Part shown: one piece after another, positions 1 to 9,600 of the stretch
How the letters are laid out: each line of letters opens with the position of its first letter
How positions within the stretch are numbered: position 1 is the stretch's first letter
NCBI GenBank assembly: GCA_019429305.1
Contig: JAHYIR010000009.1
Coordinates: 1,837 to 65,836 of the forward strand
Direction of reading: 5' to 3'
DNA length: 64,000 nt
DNA from: Candidatus Cloacimonadota bacterium
GTDB lineage: Bacteria; Cloacimonadota; Cloacimonadia; Cloacimonadales; JAJBBL01
Program-made: the position numbers and the translations under genes
The notes under the pieces: generated by a model
What the model was told of the DNA's origin: nothing
Seen by the model: the letters and a program-made list of their open reading frames with translations, nothing else
The model's database searches: none

Positions 1-107
1 ATTAGTCCCGAAGGTCCTCCACCGGCAACTACTACATCATTATCCAGATGGATTTTAAGCTTATTAAAATAAGATTCGATAATTCCTAGTGATACTCTTT
101 TTTCCAT
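1..107 (-). CDS. thi4: Thi4-family thiazole (ADP-thiazole) synthase, N-terminal end only; gene runs off the left edge
   Basis: Reverse-strand translation from the ATG at 107-105 gives MEKRVSLGIIESYFNKLKIHLDNDVVVAGGGPSGL. This matches the Thi4 N-terminus and its GxGxxG dinucleotide loop. GGAGG RBS is the rc of 112-116. A TPP riboswitch lies directly 5'. Confidence 0.7.
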   Translation of the reverse strand, partial: MEKRVSLGIIESYFNKLKIHLDNDVVVAGGGPSGL

Positions 108-162
108 TACTCCTCCAATTTCTTTTTTTAGGAGGGTAATGCTAGTAAGTTTTGAGGTTTTT

Positions 163-242
163 TCTACTTCCTACGCCAGCATTACCCGGATCAGGTTCGA
201 GGGTATTTTCTCAGCCAATAAATAGGCACCCCTGAATCAGAA
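163..242 (-). promoter_or_regulatory. TPP (THI-box) riboswitch aptamer controlling thi4
   Basis: The reverse complement reads CAGGGGTGCCTATTTATTGGCTGAGAAAATACCCTCGAACCTGATCCGGGTAATGCTGGCGTAGGAAG. All conserved THI-box blocks (GGGGUGC, CUGAGA, ACCC, GAACCUGAUCCGGGUAAUGC-GGCGUAGG) occur in canonical order. Downstream CCCTCC (rc of 131-136) can pair with the GGAGG RBS (rc of 112-116), a plausible translational OFF hairpin. Confidence 0.9.
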
Positions 243-487
243 TCATTTTCTGCAAAATTAAAACAAATAAGCGAAACAACTGTCAAGTCCTTTTTTGTCG
301 ACCAACTTTAAAGTTGAAGCTTCTTGATCAAGCGTTACTTTAGCCATCAGAGACATTGATAAAAGCCAGATATCTACCATTTATTTAGAAACTGGGAATA
401 AACATACATTAGAAGACAATAGTTAATATATTATACAGACTAGATATCTTTGAACCCTGCGTTGTGTATATGATCTTTAAAGATATC

Positions 488-515
488 TTGACTTAAAGAA
501 AAAATGTGATATATT
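488..515 (+). promoter_or_regulatory. Sigma70-like promoter candidate (TTGACT, 16 nt spacer, TATATT)
   Basis: TTGACT at 488-493 and TATATT at 510-515, about 55 nt upstream of the ATG at 570. Pattern match only. Confidence 0.35.
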
Positions 516-569
516 ATTAAGATAGGCAATAAGTTAGAAGCTTAAACAAAAATTAATGTGGAGGAAAAA

Positions 570-860
570 ATGAGTAAGAGAGATGCTTATGTAAAGAAGG
601 CGAAGGTTCAGATTGATAAGTTTAATGATAAGATTAGTAAATTAGAAGAAAAAGCTAAACATGTGAGTGAAGATGCTAAGTCAAAATATGAATCCAAGAT
701 ACAAGATGTAAAGAAAAGTATCGAAACAATTAAAAGCAAAATAGCTGATATCCAGGAATCTGGAGAAGATTCCTGGAATGAATTAAAGCATGGTATTGAT
801 GAATCATGGAGTGCTTTGAAAAAGGGGATAAAGGAAGCTAAGTCCAAGCTTAAACATTGA
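570..860 (+). CDS. Small Lys/Glu-rich coiled-coil protein, function unknown
   Basis: ORF-track entry is 558..860. The ATG at 570 follows a GGAGG at 561-565, so I prefer 570 over the GTG at 558. The sequence is heptad-like and charged (KISKLEEKAKHVSEDAKSKYESKIQDVKK). No family recognised. Confidence 0.6.
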   Translation: MSKRDAYVKKAKVQIDKFNDKISKLEEKAKHVSEDAKSKYESKIQDVKKSIETIKSKIADIQESGEDSWNELKHGIDESWSALKKGIKEAKSKLKH

Positions 861-1186
861 TGGCTTAGCAATATAACCACTAAAAATTTTTACTATCGAT
901 TTGGAAGATTAATTGCTTCAAATAAGAATGATTTGATAAATAAATGGTTATATAGACATTGCAGTGACATAATACAAGGAATAATTAGCGGTTCGAGAGA
1001 CTCGTAAGAACAAGATATAAGACAATTCGTTTTGATACTAACAGAGGGTCAAAAATTGATTTATAGGGTCATTCTGTCTATATTACTGATAGATAACAGA
1101 CATGAAAAGTTCATTATTGTTGAATGAAGATTTTGGTTAAGGTAAGAGAAAATAGTTTAGAAATAGATAACGGAGGAAATAAGATT

Positions 1187-4100
1187 ATGAAGATGAAACC
1201 AATGTTGATATTAATGTTAACATTATTGACAGTAAGTTTTATATTAGCAACACCACCATTCATGTGGGATGAGAACGGTATTCCTATCAGGCAAGGTGTA
1301 AATATTGAATGGTCCAGAGCATCAGCAGTTTTGGACAATGGAACTGTCATCTATGTCTGGTCAGACACCAGATATGGAGGAAGAGACCTTTGGGCACAAG
1401 CAGTAGACGAAACTGGAGTACTTTGGGGTCCATCGGGAGTTATGGTTGACGGTAAAGATGATAGGCAAGAAGACCCTGTAGTGATCAAAACCAGTGATGG
1501 CAATGCGATTATTGCTTGGATAGATTTTCATTTCGATTCGGTTAATGGTGGAGTATTTGCGCAGAAGATTAATCCACAGGGAGAACTACTATGGGATGAG
1601 AGTGTTCCGTTATGTTTAGCTGACGGAGTACAGATATCATTAAACATAGTTCCCGATAATGACGGTGGAGCTTACATTATATGGCAAGATCAACGTTCAG
1701 GAACGATTGATATATATGGAGTTCACATAGATAGTGATGGTAATAATTATCCAGGCTGGCCGGAGAATGGACTGGCATTGGCTTCCGGACCCGGTAACCA
1801 GCAAAATCATACCTTCTGGGAAGACGGACAGGGTGGAGCAATCCTGGCTTATGTTAATCAAGATTCAGGAATTGAAGATATATATGTTTTAAGAGTTTTA
1901 TCTGATGGAGAAATAGCGTGGTCTTATCCTTTAGCAACCGGTAATCAGGAACAGCAAAGTGTAAGAATGTCTCCCTTTGGAGCAAATGCTTTTGGTTTTG
2001 CCTATACAGATGCTATAAATGGGAACAGGAATATATATGTAAAAGCTATTGATATCGCCGGAAATTTTTTATGGAATGGTGATGCAATTGGTATCAACCC
2101 GGATTTTTATCTGCAAGTAAACCCCCGAGTTGCTGCCTCTGCAGATGGTAATTTTATTGTTGTCTGGGAAGATTGGGCTGAAGGATCATCAGATCTAGCT
2201 ATTCAAAAACTTGATATTAACGGCGATTTCTTATGGGGTCAGAGACCTATGGTCATAGTGACTGATGAGAATAACCAAAAAAATCCCCGTATTGAAGGGG
2301 ATGCAACCGGTGGTTGTTATGTTGTCTGGGATGATGCCAGAGGAATCGGTCATCCTGAAGTAGATATTTATATGCAGCATGTTACTGTTGATGGCGATAT
2401 TTCTTGGGAAGAAAATGGTCGACCAGTTGCTCAGGTTCCCGGAGAAACTTTTGCGCCTCTGATTAAACCAATTGGTGATAATATCATCGTTGTTTGGGGT
2501 GATATGCGGACAGGATCTATTGGAATCTACTATCAAGCTTATGATCTGGCAGGGAATGCTGTGCTACAGGATAATGGAATTCCGGTGTATTGGGGGTTAA
2601 GTGGTGATGCTACAGAACATGTAGCAGTACACAGTGGAGATTATGTTTATGTTATCTGGGAAGATTCGCGTTATGCAAATTTTGGCAATCAGATCAAAGT
2701 CCAGAAGATCGATAGTTCTGGTAATGCACTTTTTGAAGAGAACGGAATTTCGATTGTTGATGGGCATTCTGGAACTCATCAAACCTCGTTTCGAGTTATA
2801 CCTTACCACGAGGGTGGATTAGCGCTAACTTGGACTGAACAACCGGAAGAGTTTGATCTGGTTTATGTCCAAGCAATTGATGCCAATGGTAACCTTTTAT
2901 GGGGTGACTTTGGAGTACGACCTTCGACTTTAGATTTTAATTTTTCTCAGGCCTACCCTAATGTCCCAAGAATATCCTATGACGGAAATGGCGGATATAT
3001 TGTTGCTTGGGATGAAACAGATCAGTTAGGGGGCTTTATTCGGAACATTAAGGCACAACGTATAGTTAACGGACAGAGAGTATGGGATGATGAAGGCATT
3101 ACAATTGCTTATCAGACTGGATCACCAGTTAATCATTTCTTAGAAAGCGTAACGGAAAGATATTTTGTTTGGTTTAGAGGTGGTGGAGCTGATCTTTATG
3201 TTAAAAGATTGAATGAAGATGGAACAGTAGCTGACGGTTGGGATGACTATGGAAACCTGATCTGCACTGCTCCTTCTAATAGAAGATTATCCAAATCTGT
3301 CTTAACTCCTGAAGGTCTATTGATAGTATGGGAAGATAACAGAGGTGGTACATCCAGTATTTACGGTCAGCTGATAAATGAAAATGGTCAGGTTCAGTGG
3401 CAAGAGAATGGTATTCCTCTTATCGATTATGATAACGATCAATCAATAATAAGTATCGAATATGATGATGGATATTTCTATCTCAGTTGGCGTGATGCCC
3501 GATTAGATCCGGGAGCTCAAGATGTGGCAATGCAGAAATTTGATCTAAACAGTAATTCGCAATGGGGAGATCCCTCACCATTTGTCGTTAGTAATCAGTT
3601 TGAGCAAGACAATCCAAATATGGCTAAGATAGGTGATAATCTGCTTATTGCCTGGGAGAATAATTATGGCGAGATTGGATCTGATCTATTCATCCAATTA
3701 GCAAATGCGCAGAATGGCGATCTTTTATGGGCTGTCGATGGTGAAACTCTCTGTGATGCTGAGAAGAGACAGATTATGGCTAAGATCGTACCATTTGATA
3801 ATCAATTTGGTTTCGTTGTTTGGTCAGACCTTAGATCAAGCGGAAAAGAGGACATCAAAGGTTTATATGCGCAAAAAATAGATGCAACTTTTTCCAATAC
3901 TGATGAAATAACTATCAAACCAACTGATCATCTGCAGCTTTACGCTAATTATCCTAATCCTTTTAATCCGGAAACGAATATCTCTTTCGATTTAGCTCGT
4001 AACGATTATGTCTCATTAAAGATCTATAACCTAAAGGGACAATTAGTAAAAACACTCATTGACAACGAGTATTTGGCTCGCGGTAGTTACCAGCTTGTTT

Positions 4101-4207
4101 GGTCAGGGACTGATAATAGTAACAAAGCTGTCGGTAGTGGTGTTTATTTCTACAAAATGGAGAGTGATAACATTAGCCAAGTAAGAAAAATGCTCTTATT
4201 GAAATAG
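1187..4207 (+). CDS. Large secreted repeat protein (about 16 tandem ~55-aa repeats) with T9SS type-A / FlgD-Ig-like C-terminal sorting domain
   Basis: ORF is 1124..4207. The ATG at 1187 follows a GGAGG at 1172-1176 and gives MKMKPMLILMLTLLTVSFILA, a signal peptide. The body is an iterated W-x-D-x-R ... D-I-Y-x-Q ... D-x-x-G-x-x-x-W motif. The C-terminus is NYPNPFNPETNISFDL...GVYFYKM...LLLK. Confidence 0.85.
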   Translation: MKMKPMLILMLTLLTVSFILATPPFMWDENGIPIRQGVNIEWSRASAVLDNGTVIYVWSDTRYGGRDLWAQAVDETGVLWGPSGVMVDGKDDRQEDPVVIKTSDGNAIIAWIDFHFDSVNGGVFAQKINPQGELLWDESVPLCLADGVQISLNIVPDNDGGAYIIWQDQRSGTIDIYGVHIDSDGNNYPGWPENGLALASGPGNQQNHTFWEDGQGGAILAYVNQDSGIEDIYVLRVLSDGEIAWSYPLATGNQEQQSVRMSPFGANAFGFAYTDAINGNRNIYVKAIDIAGNFLWNGDAIGINPDFYLQVNPRVAASADGNFIVVWEDWAEGSSDLAIQKLDINGDFLWGQRPMVIVTDENNQKNPRIEGDATGGCYVVWDDARGIGHPEVDIYMQHVTVDGDISWEENGRPVAQVPGETFAPLIKPIGDNIIVVWGDMRTGSIGIYYQAYDLAGNAVLQDNGIPVYWGLSGDATEHVAVHSGDYVYVIWEDSRYANFGNQIKVQKIDSSGNALFEENGISIVDGHSGTHQTSFRVIPYHEGGLALTWTEQPEEFDLVYVQAIDANGNLLWGDFGVRPSTLDFNFSQAYPNVPRISYDGNGGYIVAWDETDQLGGFIRNIKAQRIVNGQRVWDDEGITIAYQTGSPVNHFLESVTERYFVWFRGGGADLYVKRLNEDGTVADGWDDYGNLICTAPSNRRLSKSVLTPEGLLIVWEDNRGGTSSIYGQLINENGQVQWQENGIPLIDYDNDQSIISIEYDDGYFYLSWRDARLDPGAQDVAMQKFDLNSNSQWGDPSPFVVSNQFEQDNPNMAKIGDNLLIAWENNYGEIGSDLFIQLANAQNGDLLWAVDGETLCDAEKRQIMAKIVPFDNQFGFVVWSDLRSSGKEDIKGLYAQKIDATFSNTDEITIKPTDHLQLYANYPNPFNPETNISFDLARNDYVSLKIYNLKGQLVKTLIDNEYLARGSYQLVWSGTDNSNKAVGSGVYFYKMESDNISQVRKMLLLK
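1265..3886 (+). repeat. Coding tandem repeat array, about 16 units of 50-62 aa
   Basis: Units delimited by eye include YVWSDTRYGGRDLWAQAVDETGVLW, IIWQDQRSGTIDIYGVHIDSDGN, VVWEDWAEGSSDLAIQKLDINGDFLW, VVWDDARGIGHPEVDIYMQHVTVDGDISW, VVWGDMRTGSIGIYYQAYDLAGN, VIWEDSRYANFGNQIKVQKIDSSGNALF, IVWEDNRGGTSSIYGQLINENGQVQW, LSWRDARLDPGAQDVAMQKFDLNSNSQW and VVWSDLRSSGKEDIKGLYAQKID. Confidence 0.75.
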
Positions 4208-4217
4208 AATTGAGAAA

Positions 4218-4243
4218 GAGAGGTAGAGTAACCTCTACCTCTC
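4218..4243 (+). terminator. Perfect 11-bp hairpin between the repeat-protein gene and the M14 gene (terminator or attenuator candidate)
   Basis: GAGAGGTAGAG-taac-CTCTACCTCTC starts 10 nt after the stop at 4207. It is followed by A-rich rather than T-rich sequence, so it is not a textbook intrinsic terminator. Confidence 0.45.
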
Positions 4244-4271
4244 TAATAAAAAACTTTAAAGGAGATATGTT

Positions 4272-6608
4272 TTGCATAGAATATTTTTTATAATGTTAAT
4301 CATTATACTAAGCAGCGCTTTAGGAGCACAATATCTGCCTATACCTGATTTTTACCATCGGTATGATGATATCCTCGATAAACTCTTTCTCTGGCAAGAT
4401 ATCTATCCGGATACGGTCATGGTGCAACAAATAGGTTATTCACAAGAAGACGATATACCAATCTACGCTGTTAAAGTGTCATCAAATGTACAAGTAAACG
4501 AAGATAAACCGGCAATTTTAATAATTGGGCAGGTACATGCAGAAGAGATTTTGGGAATTGAGGTCATAATGTATCATATTGAAGAGATACTTCAATATCG
4601 TATGGCACCACCCTATAGTCAATGGTTATCAGATCTGGAACTTTGGTTTATCCCAACTCTCAATCCTGAAGGATTACAGGTTGTTATGGATGACTGGGAT
4701 GTTACATATCGTAAGAATAAACGCGACAACAACGGCAACGGGATTTTTGATTATGTGCCCGGTATAGGACAAGATATTGATGGTGTAGATCTCAATAGGA
4801 ATTTTGATTTTAACTGGGTGCATGGAGATACATTATATCATCCAGGAGGCAATGAACCATTTGACTATTATCGAGGCCCATATCCGATGTCAGAGGGAGA
4901 GATTGAAGCATTACTAAACCTGCTTGACCAACAACATTTCGTTTACTCTATAGTCTGGCATTCTTCCAGAACCGGCAATTTCTCTGAAAAGGTCTTTTAT
5001 TCTTATGATTGGTATAATGTTCGTCCATCACCCGATTATTACTTAGCACAATCAATTGGGCAAGGGGTAGCTAGCCAGATAAGGAAATATGGGAGTTCAT
5101 TATTCTATGAAAATCTACCTTCGTTAGGAAGAACAGGTAATGCTCATGACTGGTTTTATAAAGAATATGGCACAATTCAGCTCTTGGTAGAATGTGGTAC
5201 ATCTAATATCCAACCACAAAGTGAAGCACAGATGTTGTCAATCGTTTCAGAAGCAAAAAAAGGTCAAAGATGGCTCTTCAATCGTGCCCTTAATGGTTAT
5301 TTATCACAAAGTCCTATGTTAACCGGTCATATTCGAGATGCAACAACAAACCAGCCATTACAAGCAGAGGTTATCATCGAACAACATCATGGTAGATTTC
5401 TCACTCCACGAATGAGTGATCAACTTTACGGCAGGTATTGGCGACCATTGCTTGCTGGTATATATACAGTAACTATTAGAAAAGAGGGTTATGAAACACA
5501 GATAATTGAAGGTGTGGCTGTTAATAATTCCGCTTGGAGAATCCTCAACATTGATCTAGTCAAAAAAGCAGAAACTGTTTTTACCGGAACAGTTCTTATG
5601 GAAAATAACCCAGTAGATGCAGAAATTATTCTGACTGATATAGAAGATCACAAAATAATAGTTGAAGATGGTTCCTTTATATATGATACTTATGCAGGTG
5701 AAAGAAGGATTTTGATCACTGCCGACGGCGCTTATCCATATATTGGAACGATTTATCTGGAACCGGGGCATCATGATATCGAGATCAACTTAAGTGAAGA
5801 ACACTTGATTTTTATGGAAGACTGGGACACGGGTTGTTGTCTCTGGATTATAGATGGTCCGTGGCAGACTATCAGCGAAAATTCAATGTCCGGTTTAGCA
5901 ATGACTGACAGTTGGGATGGTGGCAAGAACTTCTATGCACCAAACACTGATACTTATATAACAACCAATTTTCCAATAAATTTGATTTCTTATATACCAC
6001 CTTATTATCAGACCCCTTATCTGATTTTCTGGCAGCATTTATATACTGAATGGGATCATGATTTTGTTTACGTACAAGCATCTCCTGATCTCTATGCAGA
6101 TCCTGAAGATTGGATTACTGTCTATAAGAATTCAGGTAAGTTTGATTGCTGGCATCCTGTTTATGTTTCCTTAGAACCATTAGTCGGAGAAGAATTTTAT
6201 CTACGATTTAGGTTAACTTCCGATTCACCTGATAGCCGGTTAGTTGATCCGGGTTGGATAATAGACGACCTTAAGATCATAGCCGGAAATGCTTCATTAA
6301 CTAGCATCGATTCCGATGATTTGGAAGTTCCATCTCCGAAGATCGTACTAAATCAAAACTATCCCAATCCCTTTAATCCACAAACAGTTATATCTTTCTC
6401 AATCACCAAACCTGATTTGGAAACTGCTGAAATCACAATATTTAATATCAAAGGGGCTTTGGTTGATCATATTAGATTAAGCGATGAAGATATCAAGCAG
6501 GGACAAATTGTATGGGAAGCAGGACAGCGCGCCAGTGGTGTTTACTTTTACCGTCTTTCCGTTAATGGAAAACATAAAGACATAAAAAAAGCAGTGTTAA
6601 TTAAATAG
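4272..6608 (+). CDS. M14-family zinc carboxypeptidase with carboxypeptidase-regulatory-like and MAM-like domains and a T9SS-type C-terminal domain
   Basis: TTG start at 4272 after AAAGGAG, with signal peptide MHRIFFIMLIIILSSALGA. The HxxE zinc motif is GQVHAEEILG, followed by DLNRNF and VWHSS. A CarboxypepD_reg-like stretch reads LTGHIRDATTNQPLQAEV...GIYTVTIRKEGYE. The C-terminus is NYPNPFNPQTVISFSI...GVYFYRL...VLIK. Confidence 0.85.
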   Translation: MHRIFFIMLIIILSSALGAQYLPIPDFYHRYDDILDKLFLWQDIYPDTVMVQQIGYSQEDDIPIYAVKVSSNVQVNEDKPAILIIGQVHAEEILGIEVIMYHIEEILQYRMAPPYSQWLSDLELWFIPTLNPEGLQVVMDDWDVTYRKNKRDNNGNGIFDYVPGIGQDIDGVDLNRNFDFNWVHGDTLYHPGGNEPFDYYRGPYPMSEGEIEALLNLLDQQHFVYSIVWHSSRTGNFSEKVFYSYDWYNVRPSPDYYLAQSIGQGVASQIRKYGSSLFYENLPSLGRTGNAHDWFYKEYGTIQLLVECGTSNIQPQSEAQMLSIVSEAKKGQRWLFNRALNGYLSQSPMLTGHIRDATTNQPLQAEVIIEQHHGRFLTPRMSDQLYGRYWRPLLAGIYTVTIRKEGYETQIIEGVAVNNSAWRILNIDLVKKAETVFTGTVLMENNPVDAEIILTDIEDHKIIVEDGSFIYDTYAGERRILITADGAYPYIGTIYLEPGHHDIEINLSEEHLIFMEDWDTGCCLWIIDGPWQTISENSMSGLAMTDSWDGGKNFYAPNTDTYITTNFPINLISYIPPYYQTPYLIFWQHLYTEWDHDFVYVQASPDLYADPEDWITVYKNSGKFDCWHPVYVSLEPLVGEEFYLRFRLTSDSPDSRLVDPGWIIDDLKIIAGNASLTSIDSDDLEVPSPKIVLNQNYPNPFNPQTVISFSITKPDLETAEITIFNIKGALVDHIRLSDEDIKQGQIVWEAGQRASGVYFYRLSVNGKHKDIKKAVLIK

Positions 6609-6629
6609 ATTAGATATTCCGGAGGATAA

Positions 6630-9600
6630 ATGTTGAAACATATATTAATGTTATTATCAGTAATATTGGTCTTTTCTCTTAGTGCTATCCATCAAGATAT
6701 TATACAAACTTCACAGAGTTCTGTAAATATCCAGATTAGTACAAATAGAGAAGAGATAAATGAAGAGACAATTTCACATACAGTAGCTTTATTGGCTGAA
6801 GATGCCCATATAGAGATAAATAGCATGCAAATTGCTACTTATAATAGTAATGGTGACTTGATCGAAAGGGATAGTGTAATTGATTCAGACCGAGTACGAT
6901 TAATTAATCAATTTACTATGAGAGAGATGTATGGGTTTACATCTGCAGTAGAACTGGTAAAAGAAGAAAGTAATTTTAAATCTGTCATTGAAGAATTGAA
7001 TTATAACATTGTCGGGACTGGGAATAGAACTATACCAGAAGAGATTAGTGAGGCATTTTATCCTGTTTATAAATCACTCGCTCTGAATTTTGACTCTTCA
7101 TATTTAGTTAATCTACCTTTCAAACAACCGGCAATGATGATCATTAGTCACGATAGCGCTCAGATAACTAATACTTTAGAACCATTTATTAGATGGAAAA
7201 GAGCAACAGGCATGGAAATCACAGTAGTTAACAGAACAGATATTGGTGCTAATCCAACCAATAATATGATCAGGAATTACGTTATCAATTATTATCAAAC
7301 TACTGATAACAAACCTGAGTATTTACTTTTGATTGGTGGTGCTCGAACAGGAGCTTCATTACCAATACCGACATTCTACACTGGGGCCGCTAATAATGCT
7401 AATGATCTGCCTTATGGATTGATTGAAGGTGATGATTATTTCCCAGAAGTAATGGTTGGACGTTTCTCGGTGAATAACAGCTATCAGCTGGCAACGATAG
7501 TTAATAAAACAGTTGCTTATGAGAAAGAACCATTCATGGATGAGACCGAATGGATGGAAAGAGCAATTGTAATTGCCGGCAATTACGCATCAACTTTACC
7601 GATCCCTATTACTCCGGTTCTGATGTCAAAGTGGCTAGTGGAGTTACTTTATGAGAGTGGATATACTGAAGTAGATACTGTTTTCTGGTATCCCGGTTCA
7701 TCATCATTGACACAGCCGGTCATTGATGCTGTCAATAGAAGCGGGCAATATATAAACTACCGAGGTTGGGGTGATGCAAACGGGTGGCATTATCCGTTGT
7801 TTCATATCAATCATTTAGCTAATACTAATGCTGGTAGAAAATCTCCAGTTGTATCATCATTCGTTTGTAATACAGGTGACTTTATTAATTCTAACGTTAA
7901 TCCATGTTTTGGTGAATATTGGATGACCATGGGTACTCCAACCACTCCAAACGGGGCAGTTGGCTTTGTTGGTCCCAGTGATCTTCATACTAGTACTGAA
8001 TATAACAATGCGATTGCTTCCGGTTATCACTGGGGGATTCAAAGGGAAGGCATTAGATCTTTCGGAGCTGCTATTCTAAGGGGTAAAATGGAAATTTATA
8101 ATGGCTACCCGAATAATCTGGATCCCGGTGATTGGGTTGATTTCTATTTCAGGGTCTACAATACTCTGGCAGATCCGTCGCTCAATTTATGGAAATTGAT
8201 ACCTTATCATATGAATCTGACACTACCTACTCAAATTGATCAGGGGACAAACTATCTGGAATTTGATGCTCCTAACTTAACAGGTGGATATGTTACGATA
8301 ACTCGTGATGAAGAAAATTTTATTACTCACCGAATAGAAAATGATTATGCTTTTATTCCTCTTAATCCAGATGAAGAGGGAGATATCATTCTAACGGTTA
8401 CTGCTAAGAATTATTTGCCTACAATACAGACGATTGAGATTACTTCTTCAAATAACATCACATTACTCGAATATGATTTTGCCGGTACGGCTATTTATCC
8501 CGGTGAAACTATTACACTTAACACTACACTCAAAAATTATAGTAATAATAATGTCGCTGATGTTTCAGCCACATTGAGTAGTAATTTTGAAGATTTTATC
8601 ACAATTACAGAAGAGACTGTTAATTATGGAGATATTAGTGCAGGAGGGACTGCATCTGGTAGCTTCGAGTTTGAAATAGCAGGGAATTGTCCTCATCACA
8701 CAGTGCTACAATTTACGTTAAATATTTCACCTACTGGTGATGTCGCAAAATTACAGGTATTGGTTGTTGGTATTCATATAGAAGTTGATGGTTTTGTAAT
8801 TAACTCTCCTAATAGTATTTTAGACCCAGGAGAAACAGCAACTATTGACGTAACAATTAGTAATCATGGCATATCTGATCTTTTAAATCTCAGCACAGTT
8901 ATAGAACCTTATACTGATGCTGTATATATAAGTGAAGATATGGTCAATATAGGAGATATATCTGCTGGAGAATCAAGCACTTTTTCCTTTGAAGTAGTAG
9001 TTCATGACGATACCTATGTTGGAAGAGAAGCATATTTTAAGTTGAATTTTTTTGATGCTGATGGAAGGTTTACTTACGCATTCATTAACACAACAATAGG
9101 GGAAGTAACCAATACAGCGCCTACAGGTCCATGTTATTATGGCTATTACGCCTTTGACAGTTATGATACCGATTATAGTCAAGCACCTTTGTATAACTGG
9201 GTTGATATTGATCCTGATAATGGTGGACCCGGAACGGCTGTCTGGTTACCGGATGATGGCACTATGACAATGGATATGCCTTTCACTTTTCGCTATTATG
9301 GTATCGATTATAATGAAATTTCTATCTGTTCTAACGGTTGGATTACATTCATCCCTACTGAGGAAATTAATTTCCGTAATTGGCCTATACCATCAGCAAT
9401 AGTACCTAAGGGTATAATAGCCCCCTACTGGGACGACTTGAAAGGTTTAGATGAAGTTGATAATGAGCTTCGAGTTGCCTACTATCATGATGAGATAAAT
9501 AACAGAATGATCATCAGTTGGTTAGATGCCTATAGTGTAGCTAATTTGACACCCAGTGGTTTGGAAAAGATACAGGTAATTCTTGAACCTAAAGCTGATG

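Noticed and set aside
608-880. Antisense ORF (90 aa) opposite the small coiled-coil gene, plus many similar 60-150 aa ORFs embedded in or antisense to large genes (e.g. 1114-1350, 2231-2536, 5556-5774, 7857-8042, 14845-15282, 18255-18808, 21761-22018, 23012-23377, 31384-31587, 32122-32540, 43634-44065, 44857-45443, 46739-47047, 51951-52400, 53686-54249, 57832-58440)
   Set aside because: They fully overlap strongly supported genes, lack RBS or family signatures, and have low-complexity or Ile/Phe/Ser-rich compositions typical of shadow ORFs in AT-rich DNA.
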